Assembly (NCBI GenBank): GCA_904063045.1
Contig: CAJFCJ010000006.1
Coordinates: 3,860,408 to 3,924,407 of the forward strand
Direction: 5' to 3'
Origin: Dimorphilus gyrociliatus
Lineage: Eukaryota; Animalia; Annelida
DNA: 64,000 bases
The position numbers and the translations under genes were made by a program. This document shows positions 1 through 13,022 of the stretch, one piece after another. How positions within the stretch are numbered: the first letter of the stretch is position 1; each line of letters begins with the position of its first letter. The notes under the pieces were generated by a model. The model had not been told where the DNA came from and did not search any database. It saw nothing but the letters and a program-made list of their open reading frames with translations.

Positions 1-901
1 GAATACTCAGAAAAATGTTGGATTAGGTGGAAAAGATCTGAAAACTATTTCTAATATTCAAACGCCTAAGAATCCTTTGGCGGAAAACATTCCAGAACAA
101 ATTAGAAGATCTATTGAAGATTTCAAGTAACTTTCATTGATTTATTGATTTTAACAACAACAATATATTCTTTTTTCCAATAGAGAATTTATTCGTAAAG
201 AGAAGAAAGCAAAAATGGAAATTTCTCAGAATTATTCAAAATTTTCAGGAAAGTTTGTGTCTGATATCGTTTCCGTAAGAACTAAGTTAACTACAATGAC
301 CTCTAAATTGAATCATAACAAAAGAAATACTGAAATTCTTAAACAAGAAGCTATAGAAGAATTTTCAAATATAAAACAATTGAAATATACTGTTAGCTTA
401 CCAAAGGATTATCCATATTTTTGTACAATTACAAACGCGTAAGAAATCTTTAATAACGAAAATAATTACAATTATTTTAATCATTTAATACTTTCTTTCT
501 TAGATATTTTGAAAACTTTTTAGACAAATGTGATAAAACTTTAATTGTTTACCAAAATCAAATAGATGAAATATGTCACCGGTTGCTTAATAAACCACTA
601 GATGTATCCTTAACGGCTAACGGTAGTTAACTTCTTTTATCGCCTTTTTAATTAAATTATTGCATTTTTTTAATCATTTCCTTCTACTAGATCTTATGGA
701 AATTATGTTGCGGGTTCATCAGAGTTTTGTTTTTGTTGCATCAGAACTGCAAATATCTCATGCCAATGTTGAAGTTAGTTGTTCTCATTAAAGCTTATCG
801 TTTCAGTTAATCTTGAAAAATTACTTTTTTTTTTACTTTATTAGTCAATCAAACACCAATTTTCGGAATATTTCGATGAAAACTCAAACAAGCATATCTA
901 A
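1..901 (+). CDS. NUP58: Nucleoporin p58/p45-like, 3' portion (multi-exon, 5' end outside window)
   Basis: Manual splicing gives GLGGKD...ENIPEQIRRSIEDFKEFIRKEK...YFENFLDKCDKTLIVYQNQIDEI...DLMEIMLRVHQSFVFVASELQISHANVE-SIKHQFSEYF. As recalled, this follows the NUP58 coiled-coil segments (GLGG.D, ENLP..I, YF..L...QYRQQIEEL, DL..AM....QTFV.LA..LQ..H.NV). GT-AG introns; TAA ends at 901. Confidence 0.55.
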
Positions 902-1743
902 AATTATTGCTTGTAATAATCCGGATAGATACCGTACAAGGGAGAACAAAGTTAGCATTGTACTGAGCGGGCATATTTTATTAGGCAGCTGTTTCACTAT
1001 TTACCCCATGTATTCTTTATATATTCGGTAACGATAAAAAATCGCTATTACCATAATAGACTCGTTTTTTTTTTTCATGTTCAGCAGTTGAAACATTGTG
1101 TTCAAATGATTTTTTACATGCAATGACATAAAAAAAAACGCCGAAAAAATGAATATTGTTAAGGTCAGATAGTTATTATCCCGTTTTTTGTGAAAGTTTT
1201 TGAGTATTAAAAATATTTTCCGCCCCCGTAACATTAAAAATATTTTTTTCCACGTATTCCTGCTTATTAAAGTATTAAATATGAACTAATCAATTCTTAT
1301 TAATTCGGGTAAATAAGTGTCAAGCACGTTTTGTTTTCTTATTTAAATGTTTAGCTTGTCTATAAAATGTTAATTAATCGATTATGCAGTTTTCTCTCTT
1401 TAGTATTGTTAATTAAGGATTTATATCAATAGAATTTTGCTTTTTATAAATTTTCAAGTGTTCAATTCAATTAAAATGGCTCCCTTTTAGAGTATTGAAC
1501 GTTTCAGATGGCGCGCTTGCATACAAAATAATCAATTAAAATTTTCATCTAAAAAAAAACTCTAATAGGCAATGCTGGCATTGTAATAATTTCTCGAAGC
1601 ATTTGTCTTAATTTCAGGTAAATTTAATATTTTTTGGGGAATTTTACAAATTTCTAGAATTTTTGCTTTGGGCCTACCGAAAAAACGTGATATTTAGCTG
1701 GTAATAAAGCTTGTTAAAAAAAAGATGAGAATATAGATAAAAC

Positions 1744-2639
1744 ATGTCAGTTTATGATTTCAACATGTCACAGAACAAGCTATCAAAATTGGCGGCCTCC
1801 GTTATTTATGTAAAAGAAGAAAATCATCTAATGGAAGTTGATGACCAAGTTGAATTATTTGTAAAAGCCGGAGACGATGGAGAAAGTTACGGAGGATGTC
1901 CCAAAAGTCAACAAATCTTTATGGTTCTTCTAATCAAAGCTGAACAGAGTAGCCTCAATGTACGAGTAACAACTGTAAATGTTAATAAGCAAAGAGCTCA
2001 TTTTGGTAGATTGCCTGCTCTGGTTCACAAGGATCAGGTTAATGCACTATTATTAAAATAACAATGATCGAAACAATTTAATTGTTTAAACTATTGTTGT
2101 CTTTGGGAGCGGATACATTTTATTTTAAAAAACAGGTTATAACGGATCCCGATGAAATGTTAGATTACATAGATCGAAACTGGGAACTACCTGATTTGGA
2201 TATTGAACAAACTAGAGCTCGTCATGTCACCTTAGAAATCTTTTCCAAGTTTTCCTTTTTCATAAAGCAAGTTTCGCACGGCCCGGACAAAATGATTGCT
2301 GAGTTGTACAGATTAAACGAATATCTCTTAGAAAATGAACACAAATACTTATGCTCGGATAATCTAAGCCATCTCGATTGTTTGGTTCTACCTAAACTTC
2401 AGCATATACGAGTGGCATCAAAAGCTTTCAAAAGCTTCGAAATCCCAGATAAAATGAAAGGAGTTTGGTGCTATTTAAGAGCGGCTTATGATAATACAAT
2501 ATTTAGGCAGACTTGCCCATCCGACCAGCAAATAATCGCTCATTGGGCTTCCAAACCTGAATTACCACCTTTGCAGGATAACGTCAAATTACATTATGCT
2601 TGTATGCCACCAAAATATTCTTTCGATGTTCCTTTGTAA
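1744..2639 (+). CDS. CLIC: Chloride intracellular channel (CLIC / GST-fold) protein, 2 exons
   Basis: VELFVKAG..GESYGGCPKSQ N-terminal motif; YLCSDNLSHLDCLVLPKLQHIRVA and FRQTCPSDQQII C-terminal motifs. The intron joins HKDQ|VITDPDEM. Confidence 0.9.
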
Positions 2640-3263
2640 CCAAAGATTATTTCAAAAATTATGGAATAATTCTTTTCCAAATACTTTACACAAATAGTAT
2701 GTTTTACTAAAACAATCTTTAATTATATTTTGTTTTTTCAAAATAACTAAGTGCAAAGTTTTATAGAATCTCTATAATTAAACTTATGATATTTTCATAG
2801 CTCAAATCAATTATTGCTAAAAAATTCCAAATATTTGATAAAAAGTTTAACTTTGTACTACTTAGTTTATGTTAAAATATACCAAAAATTAAGTATTTGG
2901 TTGCGGGAACACTGCTTAAACTATTCTTAAAGTGAAAAGATTCTGTGTGAAAGTGTATAATATTTAGGCAGGAGGTAGAACATTCTCTCCGATAGAACTT
3001 GTTCTCTCTCTTTTTGCTGTTTTCTATCTAAATATTTAACACAAAGAGAATTTACAGTTACTTTTTCGCCTGTTTTATTTGATTTTCTTGCTTATGCCTG
3101 TTGATAACAACCATGGTTATATATCTTTAAGTACAGAAATAATGTAAATTTGTGTTAATATCGTATTTATGCGCTTTTGCATGGTGCAATAAGTTAAACG
3201 TAAAATGTGTTTATTGATAGTTTTCGTTGATTTATTCTGATATAATTTTGAAAATTGGCAAAA

Positions 3264-5634
3264 TTAACTTTCATTTTCAATTTTCAATCCCTTCATACGT
3301 AGGAACGGTTCAGTTTGTGGCTCTCTGCCAAGGAAATTTTTCAACATCAAATCAGCATCCTAAAAATAGAAAAAAATAGTTTATAGACTTTGCTATCAGT
3401 GACTTATATGTCTAATTTTTTATTTCAATACTTACAATACTACCACCAGGTTTTAGTATGCAGTCTCTGTAAGACTTTCCAACTTTTTCAGAAAGAATTC
3501 CTTCTTTCAGAAATCTTGAATAGAACATATCGGAGCTGAAGACTTCACTCCACATATAGCCGTAATATTGAGCATCGTAACCGCCTGATAAATGTTCAAA
3601 CGTGGCCGGCATATTAGTATTTTCTGATGGCTCTACGCATACAAGTTCCTTTGATAATTTACTAAAGATCTCAGCTGTGTCAACTTTGCTTAGGGAGTGG
3701 ATGGTTTGATCAAATGTACCAAGAAGGATTTGTCTCATATTAAAATAACCAGCATTTGCCAGACGAGAGGCAATCAATTTTTCAATTACTTCCTTAGGAA
3801 TTGGTTCCTTCGTTTTATAATGTTCAGACATAAGTCTGAGAGGGTCCTCGTGCCAACACCAGTTTTCCAACATTTGAGAAGGAGCTTCAACAAAATCCCT
3901 TTCAACAGAAGTTCCAGAGAAAAGAGCGTATTTTGCTCTAGCACAAATGACATGCATTACGTGACCAAATTCGTGGAAAAATGTTTCAACTTCATCATGA
4001 GTTAGTAAAGCCGGTTTTTCAGGTGTTGGCTTAGTAAAATTGGCCACCATTGCAGCAACGGCAAGTTGTCTTTTTCCATTTTCGAGATCACAGCCCTTCT
4101 GTAGAGTAAAGCATGCGGCATGACCATATTTTCCTGTTCTTGGATAAAGATCCAAGTAGAAATAACCCAACAATTCACCGGTTTCTTTATCTTTCGTTGC
4201 AAAAAGAGTGACATCATTGTTCCAAATAGGTGGATTTGGAATTTCCTCAAAAACTAAACCTAACAGGTTTTGGTAAATTTCTAGCAACCCTTTAGTCACT
4301 TTTTCCATTGGAAAATACTCTTTGAGAATATTTTGATCTACAGCATATTTTTTTTCTTCAACTCTTGTCATGTAATATCTTGTATCCCATCCATCGATTT
4401 TCCCATTAAATTCGTAGCCATACTTTTCGCATTCTTCTTTCTTATACTCCAAAAATATTTTCATTTCATCATCCCTGAGTTTCGTTAACTTGCTTGCTAA
4501 ATCTTCTAAAAATTCTTTAACTCTTTCTGGATTCTTAGCCATACGCATTTCTAGGACGAAATGTGCATGTGTCTTGAATCCGAGCAATTTCGCTCTTTTA
4601 TCGCGAAGTTCTACCAACTCTTCCATAATCTTTGTATTTGGTTCCATGCAACGGCTATTAAAAGCGTTTTCCAACTTCTTTCTTGTTTCGGGAACTCTTA
4701 CAAATTTCATACAAGGGAAGTAGTGCGGATACTTCAAGGTAACTTTGTATTTTCCATCATCACTTTTATCCAATGATTCTAAGAAATCATCAGCAGCTCC
4801 AGCCATCTCTTCTTTTGTGAACAGTAAAACGGTGTCCTCTTCACCTAAATTTTTACTAAAATCAATGCTAATTGCGCTCATTCTTTGCTTGATCTCTTTA
4901 ATTTGTTTTTGTACATCCTCGGCGAGATGTAGACCGTTCCTCTTACCAAATTTTATCAATTTGGACAAGTACCTCTCGTCTTCCCCCGTTAGAGGTTGTT
5001 TCAAATTCTTTTCAACAGCAACCAACGAGTCGAAGACATCTTGTCTCATGGAGATCTCAACATCAAAATCTGATAACTTTTTATCAGCTGCACAACTAGC
5101 ATCTCTTATTTCTTTATCTGGTGAAACGTGCTGAAAAAAATCCAACTGACTTCTTTGGGTGTCGTAAATAGAGTCAAGTTTCGCTAGACGCTACAAATAA
5201 AACAAACGAATAATATAAATTTTGCTTTATTTATATGATCAATAGCTCAAGCTTACAGTGCAGACGTTGTCAATGGTAACTTCGGCGTCGCTTAATTTCC
5301 CCACTTCATCGTAAACTTGTTTTGCCATTTCTATCAGTTCGTCCGCTTTTTTTTCTATTTCACTTGCAGATAAATCCCACCGAAGTTGTACATTATCGAT
5401 TGGATATTTCATCTTGTTGGAGGTATGGAATTGCTTATACATGGGTAGCGAAAAAGGCTGACAAATATTAGAAGGTATTGAAAAGTAACCGGAAGATATG
5501 GGCAACGTCGCTGGCAGACGATTTGTGTGGTTTCCTGGTAGATTCGATTGCCTCACACGTGAGAAGTTTCTCGAAAGAATTTTCTGGGCTAAGCGTCTTG
5601 TCGAATTGAAATTCAATCTTACCAAGTTGAGCAT
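3264..5634 (-). CDS. THOP1/NLN: Thimet oligopeptidase / neurolysin (peptidase M3A)
   Basis: HEFGH zinc motif, RDFVEAPSQMLENWCW and GYDAQYYGYMWSEVFS. The last exon reads DADLMLKNFLGREPQTEPFL...ENES* with the stop at 3264-3266. First ATG is at 5634 and opens an Arg-rich presequence. Confidence 0.93.
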
Positions 5635-5932
5635 TATATACTCATCCAAATAACCCAATTAATTTGAACGTCACGAAAGTAAAACGTTTTATTTTATCAA
5701 ATTTGAAGCGAGCACCGCTGACTAATACTGATGGTGCCCTCTTGTTTTTAAAAAGAACTTACATTTCTTCTTGATCAATGATATAAGGATTTTAAACCGG
5801 TAAGTCAGAGAGCGGGAAATATGAAAGTCTTAAAACTTAAAGAGTTATCTCCATATTTTGTCTTAGATGTCTAACAATACAATTAGTTTTGTATATATAT
5901 TTTAAAAGGAAAAATATAATGTTAAGTTCATT

Positions 5933-6872
5933 CTATAATTTTGATTCTTTCAAATCGAAATTTCCCTTACGACCTTCACCACTGACGAAATTTTGAGCTC
6001 CTTTAACAGATTCCTCAAGTACTACACCAACGGAATGATCCCATTCGTATGTTACGGCATCTCTAAAGTCGCGAGCGGCATATGTAGTGTAATAAGCGCT
6101 GGTTCTATCGGCTTTCATACACTTTGAAGGGAATTTGCTGATTTGTTGAGCGATTTTTACTGCTTCACCAACTGCAGTACCTACAGGTACCACTCTATTG
6201 GCAAGACCAAAACTTAAAGCTTCTTTAGCATCTATCGGCCGTCCAGTTAATATCATATCCATAGCTCTTGATAATCCAATTAGCTTTGGCAATCGTACAG
6301 TTCCTCCGTCAATTAGGGGAACACCAAATCGCCGACAGAAAACTCCAAAAATAGCCGTTTCATCCGCGATTCTCATATCGCACATTAAACTTAGTTCCAA
6401 TCCTCCAGCTACTGCATAACCAGAGACAGCAGCAATTACAGGCTTTTTAAAGAGCATCCTTGTTGGTCCCTTTTTTTTTTATAAACAACCTAAACTTAAA
6501 TTATAGTAAAACTACTTTACTTACCAGTGGCCCATAGCCACTTTCATGGTCTGGCAACTGAAATGATTCGTCAACTTTAGATAAAGATTTTAGATCATAG
6601 CCAGCGCAAAAGTTGCCACCCTTTCCATACAGCACTGCGACGGATAATGTATCGTCTTTTTCAAATTGTCGGAAAGCTGTTGACAATTCATCAGCCGCTT
6701 CTGGATTAACGCAGTTTCTTTTATCGGGACGGTTGATTGATACAAGAAAAACGCTTCCCATACGTTCAGTAATAATGTTTTTCATTGTTCCTTCTGAACT
6801 TATAAAGCGTTTTCCAACGTTGTATGAAGTTTGAAAATGTTTAAGACAAAGTCTACGGCTGATAGCAGACAT
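5933..6872 (-). CDS. Enoyl-CoA hydratase/isomerase (crotonase) family protein, 2 exons
   Basis: GGNFCAGYDL and KPVIAAVSGYAVAGGLELSLMCD crotonase motifs. Intron 6524-6470 joins YGPL|GPTRM. C-terminus ends in SKL. Confidence 0.92.
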
Positions 6873-7356
6873 CTTTGAAATTACTTTCGTACTTTGTGAT
6901 ATGGTGCCACATATCGTCCCATATTATGATTTATGTTACATAGTCAACATAACAACAGCCAACTTTGTCTTATACAAACCCCATAGCTTGTATAATTTGT
7001 AGGTTTCTTCTCACTCAATAAACACATGATTAAGAATAAAAATTTAGACTTTTTTATTGTTTTGAGAAAATAACAGCTATAGATTTCTTAAGTTAATATC
7101 CTTTTGTTTTATTTCGAAACTTTTCCGTCTTATATAACATAAATAAACAAAAACAACGACGGCAGAACTAATTTTTCGTTATTATTTCTTTTAAGAAAAT
7201 GGCGGGAAAAGTGATTATCACTCAGTTGTTTTGTTTTTGTTGAATTATCACTCACACCTTGTCTGCATTGTAAGGGTAGAGTAAAAATGGTGAATATTGT
7301 GCATTGAAATCAGGATATTTGCAAGTAGCTATTAATGATACATAGAAACTATAAAG

Positions 7357-9300
7357 ATGTTTATTTATTGGATATGCGTTGCTATTGTACGAATTTACTT
7401 AACAATAAAGACTCAGTATGGATATATACACCCAGACGAATTCTTTCAAACGTCTGAAGTTATTGCTGGTTTGTTGAAATATTAAAGATATGCTCAAAAA
7501 GATTATACATGCAGGTATATCATTAATTTTTCAGGATCGATTTTCAATATTGACGTATTTACTGCATGGGAATTTAATTCAACTTTCCCACTAAGAACAA
7601 TAACTGTGCCTTATGCAGTTTGCGGACCAGGTTTACTATTTTTTTAAATAATATATACATACAATACATCTGTATTCACTTATGTAGGTTTTCACTTGTT
7701 AAAGTTAATGGGATTTGATAATCCATCAACCTATCTCTTAATTCTGATACCACGCTTAACGTTATTAATATACAGTTTCCTTGGTGATGCTATAATTTAT
7801 TATGTTGGAAAAAAGTTTAGCTTAAATGCCTCAGCTTGCGTTATAACTTATGCAACTTCTTATGTAACAATTGTATTTTACACAAGAACGTTTACTAATA
7901 CTTTTGAAGCTCTTTTGTACTTGTCGTTTTGTTGTGTTCTTTCAAGGTAAGTTCTTTAATATTTAATATATCAGGGATTATCTTTCTACAAGCTATCTCT
8001 TTCTCACTTAGAGAGTTTGTTTCAATTCTACCAAGATCTGTCTCAAAAAAGAATATATCAAACTTTAAAAATGGAAGAAAAACTCCATCATCAATCAGTA
8101 ATACTGGATTGTTACTTGGTGTAATTATAGCTTTAGGATTTTATAATAGAGCGACCTTTGTTATTTTTTCCCTCATGCCTTTTGTTATATGGCTTTCTTC
8201 TAGCGATTTCCATAATACGAAAGAACTTTTTGAAAAGAGTGCACCAAAGCTAATATCAACCGCTTTCTCTGGGGTTTTAACAAGTTTTTGTTTATCATTA
8301 TTAGACACTTATTACTATAAGGGATTAACTCCTATGGATTTGTTTAATAGATTGACTTATAAAGGATTTTATCAAGTACTAATTAGAGATATGGTTAATG
8401 TTCCTTTAAACTTTATTGCTTATAATGTTCAACCAACGAATCTAGCAAAACATGGAATTCATCCTCGTTTAACTCACTTTTTTGGCAATACTACCTTACT
8501 ATATAATATATTAGCTTTTTATCCACTTGTACACTCTTTTAGAATATTTATGCAAAGACTAAATGCATCTAAAAGATATAGAATGCCAACAATTGGAGAA
8601 AAGCTATTACTAATATATTTCATACCAATCTTACTGTTATCAGTCTTTCCTCACCAAGAAGCAAGATTTCTTATACCTCTCCTTCCCCTCTTATGCTTCC
8701 TTTATGGTAAAATATTATTAATTACCTATAATGGTATATCATGCCTACTATAATACAACATTGTATATTTCATTTATCTTAGGTCACAAGCTATTTGGAG
8801 AAAAAAATTCATCCTCTCGTTACATATGGATTATATTCAACCTCTTAGGGACCATCTTCTTTAGTCAGTGTCATCAGGGAGGTGTTGTACAAGCCTTAGA
8901 GTATGCAAAGATATCAAATTCATCTGGAACAATATTTTTCTGGAAAACTTATATGCCACCAAGACATTTACTGTTCCAGAATGCCCAAAATCCTCAATTA
9001 AAGGTTATTGATCTAATGGGATCAAATCAACAGTTTGCACACGAACAAATAAATAAACTAATTTCACAAGACTCCCATCTCAGATTAGTAGCTCCATCTG
9101 CAATTAATATAAAATCTTTCTCAAAAGAGTTTAATTGTCTAGTTGAAGAAAAATTCTTTCCACATTTCACTATGGAAAATTTTCCGAATTTATATCATTT
9201 ATTAAATTTTTGTACAAACAGAGAACTTTCGTATAATATTATTAAATGCCTTAAAAATGAATTTTCATTAACTGTTTATCGTTTAGCAAGACTTGAATAG
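7357..9300 (+). CDS. PIGZ: GPI mannosyltransferase 4 (Glyco_transf_22), multi-exon
   Basis: GYIHPDEFFQTSEV N-terminal signature, TRTFTNTFE, HGIHPRLTH, LLSVFPHQEARFLIP and FWKTYMPPRHL; many hydrophobic segments. Confidence 0.9.
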
Positions 9301-9944
9301 TTTTTCCGTTTCCTTCATTGATTACCTACTCTTGGTATATGTATAGTTTATCTTTGGAAGTTTGTAATTTATCTGCAATATTACATTAGTTTTTACGGGC
9401 AATGTGAAAGAATATGTCAATATTTCAAAGTATATTCATACCTTTATATATTGAACACACATGCGTAAAATAGTAAAAAACAGATTTGTTTGTAAATGTT
9501 AAAAACAGTAAAGTCAAAAGCCTGTATCAGCTTCATATTTTATTGTACTAAAATTATCTCTTTTCAGTGGGGATAATCTTAAATCAGGTATCAAAAATTA
9601 TCAGTTAAACTGGCACGTGAATGTAGCGATTAGACAAAATACTAAAAATATTTTCATGCTGCAACAAAAAGCTAAATATAGATTGGTAACCAATTTTATT
9701 TATTGTTTAGAAAAAAGTAGATACACCTTTTGAATTGAATCGGAATTTTAGTAACTAGATTCGATCATAAGATCAATGGATAATTTACATTTAGCTTTAA
9801 AAAAAACACCAAAAGCCTCTATTTTTTATGTAGAATTATATTTATAGCTAATACAGTATGAGAAGATAACAAAATATAACTATTATCCTTAAACTGGATA
9901 TTGTCCTGATTTTTTTCAAATAGAAATATTTGCATGTACAACAA

Positions 9945-11892
9945 TTACTGTTTTTTACGACCTCTTTCTCCAGGAGCAGCAACAAATTCCTCTTCTTCTT
10001 TAACTTCGGTTATAGGTACAATTTTCGGACCTCTTTGAATACCTAGTTTAATTTTCTCTAATTGTTCAAAATAAGATAACTTTTCTTCTCTATTTTGCAA
10101 TTGAATTAGTTTCTCAGCTATTTCTTTCTTCTCCTGATCTACTTTCATTGCTTCTATTTCTTTTTTAAGAGATTCCTCTCTTATCTCATTCCAATTTTTA
10201 TATAGCTTTTCCTGTTTTTCAATGTCGTATGCCTCAGTTTGGGCTATTGTATTTTCCATCAATTTTTTAACTTCCTTCTCCAAATCCAGATCTTCTAGTT
10301 TACCTTCTAATTTGAGGTTATTATATATTTTCTAAAGGTACAGAGAAAAAATGTTTTATGACTTTTCAATGCAATTTACGATTACCATACATACATTAAA
10401 TTCTTGAATATATATTTCTTTTTCTTCAGGCCGGACGTAAGGTATAACGTCTTCTAATTTAACAACTCCCAAATCTTTTTTTGGAGGATCCTCTTTAGTC
10501 GGGCAATTCTCAAGTAGGATTTTAAAAGCTTCCATCTTAGTAAAATTATGAAAAAATATTAAAAGCGAAGAATTAAAAGGATGGGAATTTTAACATATAA
10601 CTTACCGCTTCTATAGCAACAACTTTTTCACTATTATCTGCCTTTAATAATTCTAAACCTTGATCAAATTTTTCAAATAAGCCATGTCCTATTAGTTGAT
10701 AACTTCTACCAAGTATGCTTTCGATTTCTCTTCCTAAATATGTGAAGGTTTTTCCTAATAGCCACCTAAAGCATAAATATAATTTATAATCTTATGCCAA
10801 TACAATCAAGTTTACATGCAACTTACTGTTCATTTTTTATGTCAAAATGACCGTCAAACCATGGAGGCGTTATAAACCCTACTCTGATCCATTCTTCCTC
10901 TTCTTCATCATCGTTCTTATCTTCAACGTCATTTTCATTTGTAGCTGAAAAGTCGTGTTTTCTCCAGTGTTGATCACAGCCATGCAGAGACAAAATTCGA
11001 CTAATAGGATGAGAAAATTCTTCTTGGAGCATTAATTGATAAGCAACCTGAGCAGCGCCTAAAAATATTTTTCATTAGTCTATTAAAATTTGAGCGAATG
11101 AAAGGTAATTACTATGAAAATCTTCATTGACAATAAAATGATCTAAGAGTTGACTGCTTGTAAAATCATCAAGAAAGATTCCATAATTGATCTAGAATTA
11201 CATTTAAAAAAGTCATTTGATTTATAAAAAAATCATAAGAAACATACTGGATCTTGTAAGATTTTGAATAATCTTTCAAATTCCCCAAATTTAATAAGTG
11301 CTCTAATAAAGGCATGATTAGTTGATTCTTTTACATGAACTGCTTCAGCTGTATGACGAAATTTATAGAATAATGTTTCCATATAATCCAATTGCATAGT
11401 ATCGATTAGCTCCAATTTGTTAGCCAACTGTTTAAAAGGAAATAAGATAGAGTATAATCTTTAAATTAAATACTATTATTACTATATCCATATCGACAGA
11501 TGCAATTCGAATTCCCTTGTCTAGTTTTGATTGAATCTTGAGGGCGAAATCCTCTAAAAAGTTGTATAAAGTTCATAAAATTTCTTAATTTAACAATTTG
11601 AACATTTAAACTAACCAGTGCTGATATCTTTTAATATAGGGGTTTCCAATCGTTTGGCCCATGAATTCGTGCACGTATAACTTGGTGATAGATATGTTCG
11701 GTACTGATTGCCTAAAATGTAATATCGATCACTGTATCTACTATGTATACTTTTGTGCAAAATCGTTAGCATTTTGAACTTTTAGAATATAATTATTGAA
11801 AAGGTATAACCCTAATAATGCTTACTAATCGAAACTTTTTTCGTTAATTTAGACAATGTAATAACATTAGTTAATCCTCTCCGGCAAGCCAT
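9945..11892 (-). CDS. MRPS27: Mitochondrial ribosomal protein S27 (PPR-type), multi-exon
   Basis: Basic presequence MACRRGLT..., then YLSPSYTCTNSWAKRL, LFYKFRHTAEAVHVKESTNHAFIR, YGIFLDDF and QLMLQE, matching the recalled MRPS27 motif order; charged coiled C-terminus. Confidence 0.8.
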
Positions 11893-12215
11893 GACCTCCG
11901 TAGCTGTGTGTTTCACCGTAGCATGGTACCATGACCGATTTATAACCATACAAATCCGCTCACTTTTTTTCTATTAAGATCTTTTCAATTGTATACAGAA
12001 ACTTTTTCATTTGTAATATTGTGTTCACAACATACGTGGTAAATGTTCTATTTATAAGATACGCACACTGTTTTGTAAATTCATAAAAACTTACGAAAGG
12101 CTTTTTAATAGCTTGACCCTCATGTCCTGAAAGAACCACGTGATCAAGAAAATAATAAGTTTTCCGAAAGGTATAAATTACAAATCTGCACTACATTCGT
12201 TAACACATACCAAGA

Positions 12216-13022
12216 ATGAAAGTGGCAAAATGGACTTATGTACGGCACTTTCCGCTTGTCATCTTGACTCTGCTGAAAGCGATTGTCATAAACAGTCTTC
12301 TACGTGTTGTTATTCTGCTTCTCCGTGGGAGTCTGAGAGAAAAAGCTTTTAAATATATTCATAATCACACAAATATGAATAAAACAAAGATGAGTATTGA
12401 TGAATACAAAGATACTCTTGGTTCGTGGGAAATGTTTAAAGTAACATTTCACTACTTTTTGGCTGATAAAATTTTCGCTCCAAAATGTAAAGTTGGCAAT
12501 ACGGCACCAGACACAGATATTATCCATCTCATTAATGGAGTAAGTGAAAAGAAGTCACTTTTGTCACTTGCTAAGCCAGGAAGATTGCTAATTCTTAACT
12601 TTGGCAGCTGTACCTGACCCCCTTTTATGGCACAGCTTAATCATTTCATTCAAATAGTTAAAAAGCATCATAAAACAGTAGATTTTGTATTTATATATGT
12701 TGAAGAAGCACATCCGGAAGAAGGATGGATTTTCCCTGCTAATACCTATCAATTTAAAAGTCCTACTACCTTAAATGATAGAATTGAAGCGTCCTGTCAT
12801 CTATTAAAAGATATGCGGAATTTTGGATGTGAAGAGGGCACATTTCACTTTTGTGTGGATACGATGGATGATAAGACAAATATTACATACGCGGCAGAAC
12901 CAGATAGAATCTATGCCCTACTAGATGGTAAAATAGTCTATAGAACAGGACAAGGTCCTTTTATGTATGATGTGGGAAAATTTGAAAAATGGTTGGAAGG
13001 GTTCCTAAAGAGAAACAATTAA
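12216..13022 (+). CDS. DIO: Iodothyronine deiodinase, selenoprotein; single exon with in-frame UGA (Sec) at 12615-12617
   Basis: ORFs 12216-12617 and 12627-13022 are in the same frame, separated only by TGA in the context LNFGSCT-TGA-PPF. IYVEEAHPEEGW motif, N-terminal hydrophobic anchor, and a SECIS in the 3' UTR. Confidence 0.95.

Noticed and set aside
2977-3006. AGAACATTCT and AGAACTTGTTCT palindromes resembling HSE or steroid-response elements
   Set aside because: They lie between convergent 3' ends, the spacing does not match GRE/ARE, and there are only two HSE units.
3697-5134. Antisense and alternative-frame ORFs over THOP1 (and similar ones over ECH, ABAT, hnRNP L, UBR5 and Staufen)
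   Set aside because: These are shadow ORFs of strong coding exons with no recognisable motifs.
12615-12617. Deiodinase as a pseudogene with a premature stop
   Set aside because: The TGA is exactly at the Sec position and a SECIS is present.
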